Shown here in pieces: positions 1 to 8,039 of a stretch of 20,383 nt of DNA. The stretch comes from a candidate division WOR-3 bacterium (GTDB lineage Bacteria > Hydrothermota > Tepidihabitantia > SM23-42 > JAOAFX01). The stretch is from contig JBDRWI010000044.1 of NCBI GenBank assembly GCA_039802265.1, forward strand, positions 1 through 20,383, written 5' to 3'. How positions within the stretch are numbered: the stretch's first letter is position 1; each line of letters begins with the position of its first letter. The position numbers and the translations under genes are program-made. The notes under the pieces were generated by a model. That model was not told the DNA's origin and searched no databases. It worked only from the letters and a program-made list of their open reading frames with translations.

Positions 1-30
1 CTTTAATCCCCTTTTATCAAGGGAGAATTG
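1..30. repeat. Partial palindromic REP-like element / possible terminator hairpin (CCCTT-ttatc-AAGGG), probably truncated by the window edge
   Basis: The minus strand reads TTCTCCCTTGATAAAAGGGGATTAAAG, just downstream of the 57..1007(-) stop. It shares TTCTCC..CTT(T)GAT and GGATTAA(A)G with the element at 20204..20255. Confidence 0.35.
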
Positions 31-56
31 AAGATTTATGAATTTGTAATCGTTTT

Positions 57-1007
57 TCACTTTTCCTTTCCGGTAAGTTCCTCATACCGATCCAGATACC
101 TATTTCCAATTTCGACAAGTCCATATTTGTTATAGAGTAGGGAAAGGGACTTGAGAATTAAAGGTTCATTTGGCTTTAATTTTAATGATTCTTCATATGC
201 CCTAATCGCATCAAGAATCAACCCATTCTCTTCATATATACGCGCACTCAAATAGTTAAGTGTAAAAGAATCGGGATTTTGCGTTTTGATATTGTTAAGG
301 GCAGTTATAATATTTGACACCACCTCAGGCTTCAAAATCTTAAAGAATCTTTCAGCAGAATTCAAAGTGTCATTTCCTTTCAGGGCAAAAATCTTTAGAA
401 GATATGAACCAGGCGCGAGTTCAGGGACATCTTCAGGATATTTCAAAAATGTATCGGTTGAGGTCTTTTGCCAGATTATATTCCCCATTTTCTGAACTAC
501 AATACTATATTTCTGTGCATTCTGGAATTTATGCCATATAAAATCTGGTTTATTCGTTATTAAAGCTGTATTACCTGGCTCAATGACCCTTAAGGCAAGG
601 CTATCTTCTTCCCCACGAACAAGGATTTTGACACCAGCCCTTTCACCAGTTGTACTGAAGGCAAACAGAGAAGAAAGGACCGAAGGAGGTCCACCAACAT
701 CTTCCTGATTTTCACCTCCCCGCTGGGTGGTATCAATTGATGTTGAAACCTCTATCCTGGTATTTGAACCGAACGAAGCAATCTTTCCATCATTGTATAG
801 CAAAGAAACTTCTGAATTTTCATTAGTTATCAAACTGTCGTTCAAAAAAAGACCGTCTTCAAGTGTTGCGGTTGTGCATTTCTTAGTTGTATATCTATAA
901 ACTTCAACATTACCCTCAATGGCGGTAATTATGGCAACAGGTCTAACACCCTTCTCCCCGGCTAATTGAGCCGATATAATCCATATCAGGGGCAATAATT
1001 TTAGCAT
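57..1007 (-). CDS. Exported protein with FecR-like N-terminal beta domain, central Ig/DUF928-like region and C-terminal TPR
   Basis: 316 aa ORF with a strong SD (GAAAGGAG) before the ATG. AIITAIEGNVEV...NDSLITNENSEVSLLYNDG...FGSNTRIEV resembles FecR. The C-terminus ARIYEENGLILDAIRAYEESLKLKPNEP is TPR-like. Short hydrophobic N-terminus. Confidence 0.7.
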   Translation of the reverse strand: MLKLLPLIWIISAQLAGEKGVRPVAIITAIEGNVEVYRYTTKKCTTATLEDGLFLNDSLITNENSEVSLLYNDGKIASFGSNTRIEVSTSIDTTQRGGENQEDVGGPPSVLSSLFAFSTTGERAGVKILVRGEEDSLALRVIEPGNTALITNKPDFIWHKFQNAQKYSIVVQKMGNIIWQKTSTDTFLKYPEDVPELAPGSYLLKIFALKGNDTLNSAERFFKILKPEVVSNIITALNNIKTQNPDSFTLNYLSARIYEENGLILDAIRAYEESLKLKPNEPLILKSLSLLYNKYGLVEIGNRYLDRYEELTGKEK

Positions 1008-1058
1008 CTTTCTCCTTTCAATTTAATATTACAATGAGGGCTTGAAAAATATTCCTTT

Positions 1059-1086
1059 ATTATATTTAAAGTTAATAATATGTCAA
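1059..1086 (-). promoter_or_regulatory. Sigma70-type promoter TTGACA-16-TATAAT for the 57..1007 gene (leadered, with SD)
   Basis: Plus strand TGTCAA at 1081-1086 and ATTATA at 1059-1064; both hexamers are perfect consensus. Confidence 0.75.
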
Positions 1087-1149
1087 TAGGTTCACTCGCA
1101 AAAATGACCAAACCTTTCTTTTGGCTCTTGATAAATGGGTTTTTCCTTA

Positions 1150-1177
1150 TTGATTTTTTTAAAATTTTTTATATAAT
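1150..1177 (+). promoter_or_regulatory. Sigma70-type promoter TTGATT-16-TATAAT, 5 nt upstream of the DUF1844 ATG (leaderless)
   Basis: TTGATT at 1150-1155, TATAAT at 1172-1177, ATG at 1183; no SD. Confidence 0.65.
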
Positions 1178-1182
1178 AAATT

Positions 1183-1470
1183 ATGGCTGAGGAGAAGAAA
1201 GAAGAACAAAAACTTCTTGAGAAACCGGTGCCGATTCGGGATATTTTGCTTATGACGATATTATCCCTTGAAGGCAAGGCATGGGCATATCTTGGCTTGA
1301 CAAGCCATCCTGAAACTCAAAAACCACAGAAAGACCTGGCCGAGGCAAAACTTGCGATTGACTCAATTGATGCGCTGTTCAAAATTATGGAACCCATTTT
1401 ATCTAATGAGGAAAAGAAAGATATCCAGATTCGTCTGACAAACTTGCGGTTAAATTTTGTAAAAGAATAG
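1183..1470 (+). CDS. DUF1844 domain-containing protein
   Basis: 95 aa. AWAYLGLTSHPET...KDLAEAKLAIDSIDAL...LSNEEKKDIQIRLTNLRLNFV matches the DUF1844 pattern as I recall it. Confidence 0.85.
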   Translation: MAEEKKEEQKLLEKPVPIRDILLMTILSLEGKAWAYLGLTSHPETQKPQKDLAEAKLAIDSIDALFKIMEPILSNEEKKDIQIRLTNLRLNFVKE

Positions 1471-1493
1471 ATTGAAAAAATTAGAAAAATAGA

Positions 1494-3230
1494 GTGAAAA
1501 GTGCTGGAAATTTATGGTATCAAAGGTATCATAAACAGATTGCCTTATTTAGCCTCAGTGCCTGTGTCTGCGCTGTCTATCTCTTCTCCCTCTGCCCCAC
1601 GGTCTATCTTATTGACTCGGGCGAACTCGCAGGGGTAAGTTGGACACTGGGAATTGCCCACCCCACCGGTTACCCACTTTATACATTAATTTCTTACTTT
1701 TTTGCCCATCTTCCGGGTGAGCCAATAAAAAACCTCAATATCCTTTCCGCCGTATTCTCTCTTATTGCATTAATATTTTTATATTTGAGCATAATAAAAA
1801 TTACCAATAACAAGGTCATTGCGGTTCTTATTGCCTCTTTATATGCCTTTTCGCCAACCATCTGGAGGGTATCAATTACCAATGAAGTCTATCCACTAAC
1901 CGGACTCTTTTGTATCCTGTTATTATATCTTCTATTTACCTTAAGGGATATAAAAGGATACTATTTTCTGATGTTTCTTATGGGACTTTCCTTTACCAAT
2001 CATTTTAGTATCTTTTCCCTTGCCCTGCCCATTTTCTTCTATCTTCTAATCGCCTTTCGTCCCTCTCTGAAACAGATTATAATTGGTATTGGATTTTCTC
2101 TCGTCGGGATTTCGCTTTATCTCTATCTTCTATTCAGAACCCAGGGCGGTGCAGAACTTGCCTGGGGGAATACCTGTAATCTCCAGCGTCTCTTTTGGCA
2201 TCTATCCGGCAGACAATACCAGGTCTGGATGTTTTCTCTAACTTTAGAAGAAATCTTTGCCAATCTAAAAGAAGGTGTGGGCTTTTTACTGCGCGATTAT
2301 TTATATATTTTTATCTTCTTCCCAATTGCTGGTTTTTACTTTCTGTTTAAGAACATCCCCAGATTATTCTGGCTATTTTTTATAGCATTTCTTTTGAATC
2401 TTTTATATACTATAAACTACGCCATCCCGGATATTGAGCCTTATTACATCCCAGGACTTGTTGCACTTTTAATTACTTCCTCATATGGGCTCAAGAATTT
2501 TCAAAGGTTTTTAAAATCTTTTCTCACCATTCCCATCGTTATCTTTTTAATAGTCCTGAATTATCGCGATTGCAGTCTGAGGAATAATTACTTCGGACTT
2601 GATTATGCCCACAGTCACATCGCCCAATTGCCATTAAATAGTCTTTTAATCTGCTCTTACTGGGATATCTATTCGCCAACGATTTACCTAAGGAAGGTTA
2701 GAGGTCTTTACAAAGACCTGATTATTATTGACAAAGAATTATTAAGAAGAACCTGGTATTTGGATTACCTGAAAAGGGAATACCCCGAATTCTATCAGAG
2801 GGTGGAACCAGATATTAATGAGTATCTAACAGAACTTTATAAATTTGAATATGGCATACCATATAATCCTTACACGATTCAGGAGAAGTATATAAAGATG
2901 ATTGAAGGGTTCGTTTCAGTGAAGGAATCTGTCGGTGTCTTTTTTGCCCTGCCCTTCCCTGACCGGGATTTGAATCAGGTAAAACCCGATTATTACCGTA
3001 TTCCCTATGGATTAAACTATTTTATTACCAGGGATACAGTCAAGATCGCCTTTGACTTTTCAAAGATTTCAATCAGAATGCCTTCCCTAATTAATGACCG
3101 CCGGCTTGGATATGATTTTGGAATGGTAAAGAATATGGTGAATAACAATATAATTTATCTGAATACAATTAAGAATTTTCCTGCAGCAGAACAGGCACGA
3201 TTATGGTTAAAAAGATTTACTCAACAATGA
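1494..3230 (+). CDS. DUF2723 / TMEM260-like multi-pass membrane glycosyltransferase (GT-C fold, putative protein O-mannosyltransferase)
   Basis: PTVYLIDSGEL...LGIAHPTGYPLYTL signature, many TM segments, and NEVYPL and NH motifs. The start codon (GTG at 1494) is uncertain. Confidence 0.85.
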   Translation: MKSAGNLWYQRYHKQIALFSLSACVCAVYLFSLCPTVYLIDSGELAGVSWTLGIAHPTGYPLYTLISYFFAHLPGEPIKNLNILSAVFSLIALIFLYLSIIKITNNKVIAVLIASLYAFSPTIWRVSITNEVYPLTGLFCILLLYLLFTLRDIKGYYFLMFLMGLSFTNHFSIFSLALPIFFYLLIAFRPSLKQIIIGIGFSLVGISLYLYLLFRTQGGAELAWGNTCNLQRLFWHLSGRQYQVWMFSLTLEEIFANLKEGVGFLLRDYLYIFIFFPIAGFYFLFKNIPRLFWLFFIAFLLNLLYTINYAIPDIEPYYIPGLVALLITSSYGLKNFQRFLKSFLTIPIVIFLIVLNYRDCSLRNNYFGLDYAHSHIAQLPLNSLLICSYWDIYSPTIYLRKVRGLYKDLIIIDKELLRRTWYLDYLKREYPEFYQRVEPDINEYLTELYKFEYGIPYNPYTIQEKYIKMIEGFVSVKESVGVFFALPFPDRDLNQVKPDYYRIPYGLNYFITRDTVKIAFDFSKISIRMPSLINDRRLGYDFGMVKNMVNNNIIYLNTIKNFPAAEQARLWLKRFTQQ

Positions 3231-3990
3231 TAATCTGATTCGGACTCTTTAAGACCATTTCGGGTTTTCCTTGATATTCTTTTATCAATCCGGTCACCCT
3301 AACCTTCCGATTTAGATAATAATCTTCCGGATTTTTAGGGAATTTGTAAAAATCGCTGGCAAAGATTACTGCGGTGAAGTATCGCTTCCAATCTTTATGA
3401 AAATTTAAAAAACAAACTTTACCGGTATTATTTGTGGCAACAATCCTGCCCTCTACAGTTTTAATCTTACCGTAGTATTTTTCCGCATCCTGCCAGGAAA
3501 TGATCTCTTTTTTGTCATCTTCAATCTGTGATATCTTTATATACCTGCCCGTAGTATCTGGAAGTTGGAAAACAGGAAAATTCCACAACCCGCGTTTATT
3601 TCTGATTGCAATCTTTTCCAACTCTTCAAGTTGTTTTTTATACAAAGTATCCGGTGGATAGAATCTTGTCTCTGCAAATCCCATTCTGACCATCTCCGCA
3701 TTGATGAATCTATCATCAAGAAATACATATCTCAAAAGACGATTATAGTCATCCCTTTCTGTAACATCCCTTCTCATACGTACCCTTTTATTCAGAATGA
3801 GAAGCGCAAGAAAATCTTTTGCAATATCACCACCCGGTTCACTCATTTCCGGGGCATTTATGCCCAGAAGTCTTACTGTCTTACCGTCTTCGGTCTTGAA
3901 TGTGTCGCCATCAATAATTTCGGTAACCTTCTGCGTGTTTGCACAAAAGATACAAAATAAAATAAAAAACAAGAAGACTTGTTTTTGCAT
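3217..3990 (-). CDS. Thermonuclease (staphylococcal nuclease family) with C-terminal OB-fold; probable lipoprotein
   Basis: SNase motifs IIDGDTF, VRLLGINAPE, DDYNRLLRYV, INAEMVRMGFA and AIRNKRGLW. C-terminal OB-like domain (ISWQDAEKYYGKIKTVEGRI...VRVTGLIKEYQGKPEM). Hydrophobic leader ends in Cys. Overlaps the convergent DUF2723 gene by 14 bp. Confidence 0.88.
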   Translation of the reverse strand: MQKQVFLFFILFCIFCANTQKVTEIIDGDTFKTEDGKTVRLLGINAPEMSEPGGDIAKDFLALLILNKRVRMRRDVTERDDYNRLLRYVFLDDRFINAEMVRMGFAETRFYPPDTLYKKQLEELEKIAIRNKRGLWNFPVFQLPDTTGRYIKISQIEDDKKEIISWQDAEKYYGKIKTVEGRIVATNNTGKVCFLNFHKDWKRYFTAVIFASDFYKFPKNPEDYYLNRKVRVTGLIKEYQGKPEMVLKSPNQIIIVE

Positions 3991-3995
3991 ATTAA

Positions 3996-4023
3996 ATTAT
4001 AATCAAATTATTTTATCTGTCAA
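3996..4023 (-). promoter_or_regulatory. Sigma70-type promoter TTGACA-16-TATAAT, 5 nt upstream of the nuclease ATG (leaderless)
   Basis: Plus strand TGTCAA at 4018-4023 and ATTATA at 3996-4001; ATG at 3990. Confidence 0.75.
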
Positions 4024-4032
4024 ATAATTGTA

Positions 4033-4060
4033 TTGATTATTTTTAAAATTTTGTTATAAT
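4033..4060 (+). promoter_or_regulatory. Sigma70-type promoter TTGATT-16-TATAAT with extended -10 TG, 6 nt upstream of the yidD-like ATG (leaderless)
   Basis: TTGATT at 4033-4038, TGT at 4052-4054, TATAAT at 4055-4060, ATG at 4067. Back-to-back with the nuclease promoter. Confidence 0.7.
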
Positions 4061-4066
4061 TAAAAG

Positions 4067-4420
4067 ATGTTTTTTATATTAATCCTTGCCCTTCAATATC
4101 CAAAGGAGACAAATCCCGTAAAGATTATCTTTGACACCGGAATAACTTTGTATCAGAAATTCATCTCTCCATCTCAAGGCGATGTCTGCAATTTTTCACC
4201 ATCCTGTTCAAACTTTGGCAGGCAGGCAATTAATAAATATGGAATTTTCTGGGGTTCCTTGATGACTGCCGACCGCTTAATGCGCTGCCATCCCGGGGCA
4301 TTTGACCATTGTGATTCCTACTATTCAGGTATAAAAGACTACAAGGTCTATGACCCCATTGAAAATAACTACATCTTCGGCAAAATTCAAAAATCAGATA
4401 CGCTGAAATCAGAATGGTAA
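4067..4420 (+). CDS. yidD: YidD family protein (membrane protein insertion efficiency factor-like)
   Basis: YQKFISPSQGDVCNFSPSCSNFGRQAINKYGIFWGSLMTADRLMRCHP carries the three-Cys YidD signature. It has an extra hydrophobic N-terminus. Confidence 0.8.
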   Translation: MFFILILALQYPKETNPVKIIFDTGITLYQKFISPSQGDVCNFSPSCSNFGRQAINKYGIFWGSLMTADRLMRCHPGAFDHCDSYYSGIKDYKVYDPIENNYIFGKIQKSDTLKSEW

Positions 4421-5139
4421 CTTTATCTGTTATTTACCTTATAACTCAAGCGAATCTCTTTGAGCCAGTGAATATCCTTAAATTTGCCGACTATTTATAT
4501 CTTGAGGGTGATTATCAATCGGCATTGAATGAATACCGAAGATATATATTTTTAAGCAACAGCCTGAAAGGAGAAATTCACGAAAAAATCATTGATTGTC
4601 TGATAAAACTAAAAAGGTTTAATGAAGCATTGATGGAGTGCGAAAAAATAGAAGATACTACAAAAGTTAATTACACAAAGGGGTTTATTTATTTTCTAAC
4701 AGGAAAATATGACCGGGCGCGAGAATATCTGGTGAAAATAGAAAATAATTCTAAATTTGATGCAAAGAAACTCATCGGTCTAAGTTTTGCCTATGAATTT
4801 AGATTTTTAGAGGCAGAAGGATTCATCAGTCTGCCCAAGCCGTTACCCAAATACAAGAGTCCAATTCTTGGTGGAGTATTTTCTCTATTTCCGGGTGGTG
4901 GCCATTTCTATTGTGGTAGATTGGGGGACGGCATCTATTCTCTGTTGGTTGTAAGCACAGTATCCGCTCTTTCTTATTATTATTACAAATCAAATGAGGA
5001 CCTTAAATTTGGAATTTCTGTTAGTGCAACAGTATTGTTTTATAGTGCAAGTATCTATGGTGGTATAAATGCGGTTCGGAATTATAACTACTACCAGAAT
5101 GAAAGGTACTTACAAGAAATATTAAAGGAAAATCCATAG
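4414..5139 (+). CDS. TPR-repeat protein with C-terminal membrane domain (KSP..PG.G.hY.G motif, TM2/DUF5683-like)
   Basis: TPR-like FADYLYLEGDYQSALNEYRRYIF; KSPILGGVFSLFPGGGHFYCGRLGDG followed by two hydrophobic helices. The start overlaps the yidD stop. Confidence 0.7.
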   Translation: MVTLSVIYLITQANLFEPVNILKFADYLYLEGDYQSALNEYRRYIFLSNSLKGEIHEKIIDCLIKLKRFNEALMECEKIEDTTKVNYTKGFIYFLTGKYDRAREYLVKIENNSKFDAKKLIGLSFAYEFRFLEAEGFISLPKPLPKYKSPILGGVFSLFPGGGHFYCGRLGDGIYSLLVVSTVSALSYYYYKSNEDLKFGISVSATVLFYSASIYGGINAVRNYNYYQNERYLQEILKENP

Positions 5140-5145
5140 ATTGAG

Positions 5146-5880
5146 ATGTTTGTCGTATTCTTTTTTACCCAATTCAACCTTGCCGATTCTTTGTTTAACA
5201 ATAAATATTTTGACCTCGCTGAGATTGAATATAAGAGGTTATTTTTCTTTGATTCCAATTTAGTTGGGGATAGGAAAATGCGTTTGAATCATACCATTTC
5301 GGTTCTTCACACCAATCCAATGCGGGGATATGAAGAGGCGCAGAGATTACTAAACAACTTTGCTGAGTTGGACGAGGAATCAAAAATTAACCTCGGTATC
5401 TCGCTCGGTGAATGTGGCTTCCACTCTTTTGCCATTGAAGTCCTCTCTCAGACAGGTGAAAAGAAATGGACCGGTTATTATTGTTTATTGAATGGTCAAT
5501 ATAACAAGGCACGAACTCTCTTCCTTGAGGCAAATGCATTTGAACTCGTCCAGGAATTAGATTGTTTTAATAGAATTTTTCTAAAATCTCCAGTTAAGGC
5601 GATGCTTATGTCAGTGTTGGTTCCGGGCACCGGTGAACTCTATGCAGGCAATTTGAGGTTGGCTGTTTTTGATTTTCTTTTGACTGCAGGAAGTGGATAT
5701 CTTTTTTATAATGCAGTTAGAGGAAAAAAATATGTTGATGCCGGATTGATTCTGAGTATTTTCTTTAACCGGTTTTATTTCGGCTCAATCTCAAACGCCG
5801 GACGAACGGTCCAGAAAAAAAACGAAGAAAATAGAAAAAAATGGCTGGCTGAGTTCCGAAAGAAATATTTTAATAAATAG
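5146..5880 (+). CDS. Paralogous TPR-like protein with C-terminal membrane domain
   Basis: LADSLFNNKYFDLAEIEYKRLFF, then KSPVKAMLMSVLVPGTGELYAGNLRLA and hydrophobic helices. Same architecture as the upstream gene. Confidence 0.7.
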   Translation: MFVVFFFTQFNLADSLFNNKYFDLAEIEYKRLFFFDSNLVGDRKMRLNHTISVLHTNPMRGYEEAQRLLNNFAELDEESKINLGISLGECGFHSFAIEVLSQTGEKKWTGYYCLLNGQYNKARTLFLEANAFELVQELDCFNRIFLKSPVKAMLMSVLVPGTGELYAGNLRLAVFDFLLTAGSGYLFYNAVRGKKYVDAGLILSIFFNRFYFGSISNAGRTVQKKNEENRKKWLAEFRKKYFNK

Positions 5881-5891
5881 AAACTAACCAG

Positions 5892-7628
5892 TTACTCCTC
5901 AATAACCCGGAATTCGGTTCGGCGGTTCTTTGCCATTCCTTCTTCAGTATCATTGGGTGCAATGGGCTGAGTATCAGCATAGCCCCGGGCAATCAAACGC
6001 TCGGGGGCGATATTAAATTTTTCAATGAGATATTTTCTTACCGCCTCAGCCCTTGCCAGTGATAACTCCCAGTTTGACGGAAATTCTGCTGTATTTATTT
6101 CCCGCGGGTCGGTGTGACCACTCAATTCTACTTTTATATCGGGATTGTCCAATAGAATCCTTCCTGCCTCGTCAAGGAATGGCAAAAATTCGGGTTTTAT
6201 GTCTGCCTTCCCGGTATCAAAATTTATACCTTTTAGGACAATCTTCTCCCGCTTTTTAATTAAATAAAACTCTTTCTCAGTCAACTTTCCGGGCTCAATC
6301 CTCACCGAGCAGGTCTGAGCAATATATCTCGGGTCTTTACCCGAAACGGTTAATGTATAAACTCCAGGGGGTAAATCGCGTAGGACAAATGTCCCAGAAA
6401 TAGAATCATTATCCAATGTGCCTATTGCCATCCCTTTGTATAAGATTGTTGCACCGATTGGCCTCTTGGTTACTGCATCAAAAACAATCCCCCGTAAAAT
6501 TCCAGGTTTAATTTTATAGAGACTGATTATTTTTTCAAATCTACCTTCAGGCTGGATATAAACTGAATCCAAATTCTGGGGATAGCCAGAGACGAAGGTG
6601 CTGATTGTAATTATTCCGGATGGAATATTTTTAAATTCAATCTTCCCGGTTTTGTCGGTCTTGTAATTTCCTTCTTTGACACCGGTCAATATGAGGTTTG
6701 CCTCAAGCGGTTCTTTCGTATCACCGTCAATCACAGTAATTCTTAAGAAATTGGCACCTTTAATTATTCCCAAGCCACCCGATAAACTAAAACGATGGGT
6801 AATGCCCAATTTACCATAAGGGACAAAAGCATAATCAAATCTCAAACCAGAATATTTTACACCAAAACCAGTGGTTAAACCAGACATCCAGCCTAACTCT
6901 GATATACTATAAGGACCACTACGCCAGCCCGCACGAATGCTTAAAAACGGATTGATATTATACTCGGCACCCCAATTTGCCCGAAGGATGTTGTCGGACG
7001 GCAGAGTTAAATCAAGTAAAAGATTTAAAACTTTTATCCGTTGATAGACTAAGCCAATCTTTATCTCTGAAGGGAGGTCAGTCCGATAACTCAAATTCTT
7101 TATCACACCACCAAACTGGAAATTGCTCCTGGAAATAAATTTCCCACCTAGTTCAAACGCAAAATCATAATGGCGCTCTTCATACAAATCATCAATCATT
7201 GATTTCATAACCAAACCATAGGCAACTTTTTCCTTCATAACTTTTGCATATCCAAATTGAAATACACTACTCCACACATTGCCGACCCCCTGCGGATTAT
7301 TATTCTCATCCCAGATTTCAACACCCCTTACTGAAGAATAGACACCGCTCAATGCCACATAACCATCAAGACCGGGCATACCGAAGATGAAGAACTCATC
7401 CCGAATGTCCTGGAACCATTCTTGGTGTGAGATAAAAAATTGCATTTCTTTTATACTTGCCAGACCTGCTGGATTCCAGTACAGGGCGGTAATATCATCA
7501 GATAGACCAACAAATGCCTCACCCATTGCTACCGGTCTTGGTCCAACACTTATCTTTAATAATGGATACATTGTAGTACCGATGTCATTATTAGAAAATA
7601 TTGCAAAGAGAAAAGGAATCAAGGCCAT
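5892..7628 (-). CDS. PorV/PorQ-family outer-membrane beta-barrel fused to two carboxypeptidase-regulatory-like beta-sandwich domains and a C-terminal OmpA-like peptidoglycan-binding domain
   Basis: PorV/PorQ motifs LKISVGPRPVAMGEAFVGLSDDITALYWNPAGLA and RFDYAFVPYGKLGITHRFSL. CRD-like ITVIDGDTKEPLEA and LRGIVFDAVTKRPIGA. OmpA_C motifs INFDTGKADI...LSGHTD...NWELSLARAEAVRKYL...RGYADTQPIAPN...NRRTEF. SD AGAGGAG. Confidence 0.85.
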   Translation of the reverse strand: MALIPFLFAIFSNNDIGTTMYPLLKISVGPRPVAMGEAFVGLSDDITALYWNPAGLASIKEMQFFISHQEWFQDIRDEFFIFGMPGLDGYVALSGVYSSVRGVEIWDENNNPQGVGNVWSSVFQFGYAKVMKEKVAYGLVMKSMIDDLYEERHYDFAFELGGKFISRSNFQFGGVIKNLSYRTDLPSEIKIGLVYQRIKVLNLLLDLTLPSDNILRANWGAEYNINPFLSIRAGWRSGPYSISELGWMSGLTTGFGVKYSGLRFDYAFVPYGKLGITHRFSLSGGLGIIKGANFLRITVIDGDTKEPLEANLILTGVKEGNYKTDKTGKIEFKNIPSGIITISTFVSGYPQNLDSVYIQPEGRFEKIISLYKIKPGILRGIVFDAVTKRPIGATILYKGMAIGTLDNDSISGTFVLRDLPPGVYTLTVSGKDPRYIAQTCSVRIEPGKLTEKEFYLIKKREKIVLKGINFDTGKADIKPEFLPFLDEAGRILLDNPDIKVELSGHTDPREINTAEFPSNWELSLARAEAVRKYLIEKFNIAPERLIARGYADTQPIAPNDTEEGMAKNRRTEFRVIEE

Positions 7629-7643
7629 CTTTACTCCTCTGTT

Positions 7644-7706
7644 TTAATCTTTTTCTATTAAACTCAATGTGCAATACAAAACAAGTTCAACATCATTAAA
7701 TGCCAT
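7644..7706 (-). CDS. Candidate 20-aa small ORF (MAFNDVELVLYCTLSLIEKD) with strong SD, directly upstream of the PorV-OmpA gene
   Basis: Minus strand GAAAGGAGAAACAAG-ATG; the stop lies 15 nt before the next ATG. No homology evidence. Confidence 0.3.
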   Translation of the reverse strand: MAFNDVELVLYCTLSLIEKD

Positions 7707-7943
7707 CTTGTTTCTCCTTTCGAATAGAATACCTTTCCATAAAATGAGGGTGCCCTTTTTTGTCCGAGCACAGAAGACATCTCCCTATCTCCCTGTTTTT
7801 TCTTTTTCATGATTGATATCCTTTTGTCCCAGCACCAAAAGCCTTCCTCTGTGTACCAATTTCTTTCAATTCATCTTTGTCTTTTTTAAATCACTTTCAG
7901 ATCGCGCCTCAGTTTCAAGGAGTGTTCTTTTATAATTTCCTTT

Positions 7944-8039
7944 TCAATCTCCATTTTTTGCCAATAAAAAAGTCCTGTATTCTTCTCTTTTCGCGCCGTT
8001 CCTCTTGCTACCGAAGAAAAAAACACCCCAAAAGTCCAT
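7944..8039 (-). CDS. Candidate leaderless 31-aa uORF (MDFWGVFFFGSKRNGAKREEYRTFLLAKNGD)
   Basis: The ATG sits 6 nt after the -10 box of the 8046..8073 promoter, the same geometry as the other leaderless genes here. No homology evidence. Confidence 0.3.
   Translation of the reverse strand: MDFWGVFFFGSKRNGAKREEYRTFLLAKNGD

Noticed and set aside
7843..7860. Possible sigma54 promoter TTGGTACAC on the minus strand
   Set aside because: There is no TTGC -12 element at the required distance.
7780..7912. Lysine-riboswitch-like opening (minus strand GAGGCGCG...GATGAA.TTGAAAG) in the long leader
   Set aside because: The downstream conserved elements (GCCGAA, CTGTC, closing GxGCGCT/P1 pairing) are not present, and the downstream gene is unrelated to lysine.
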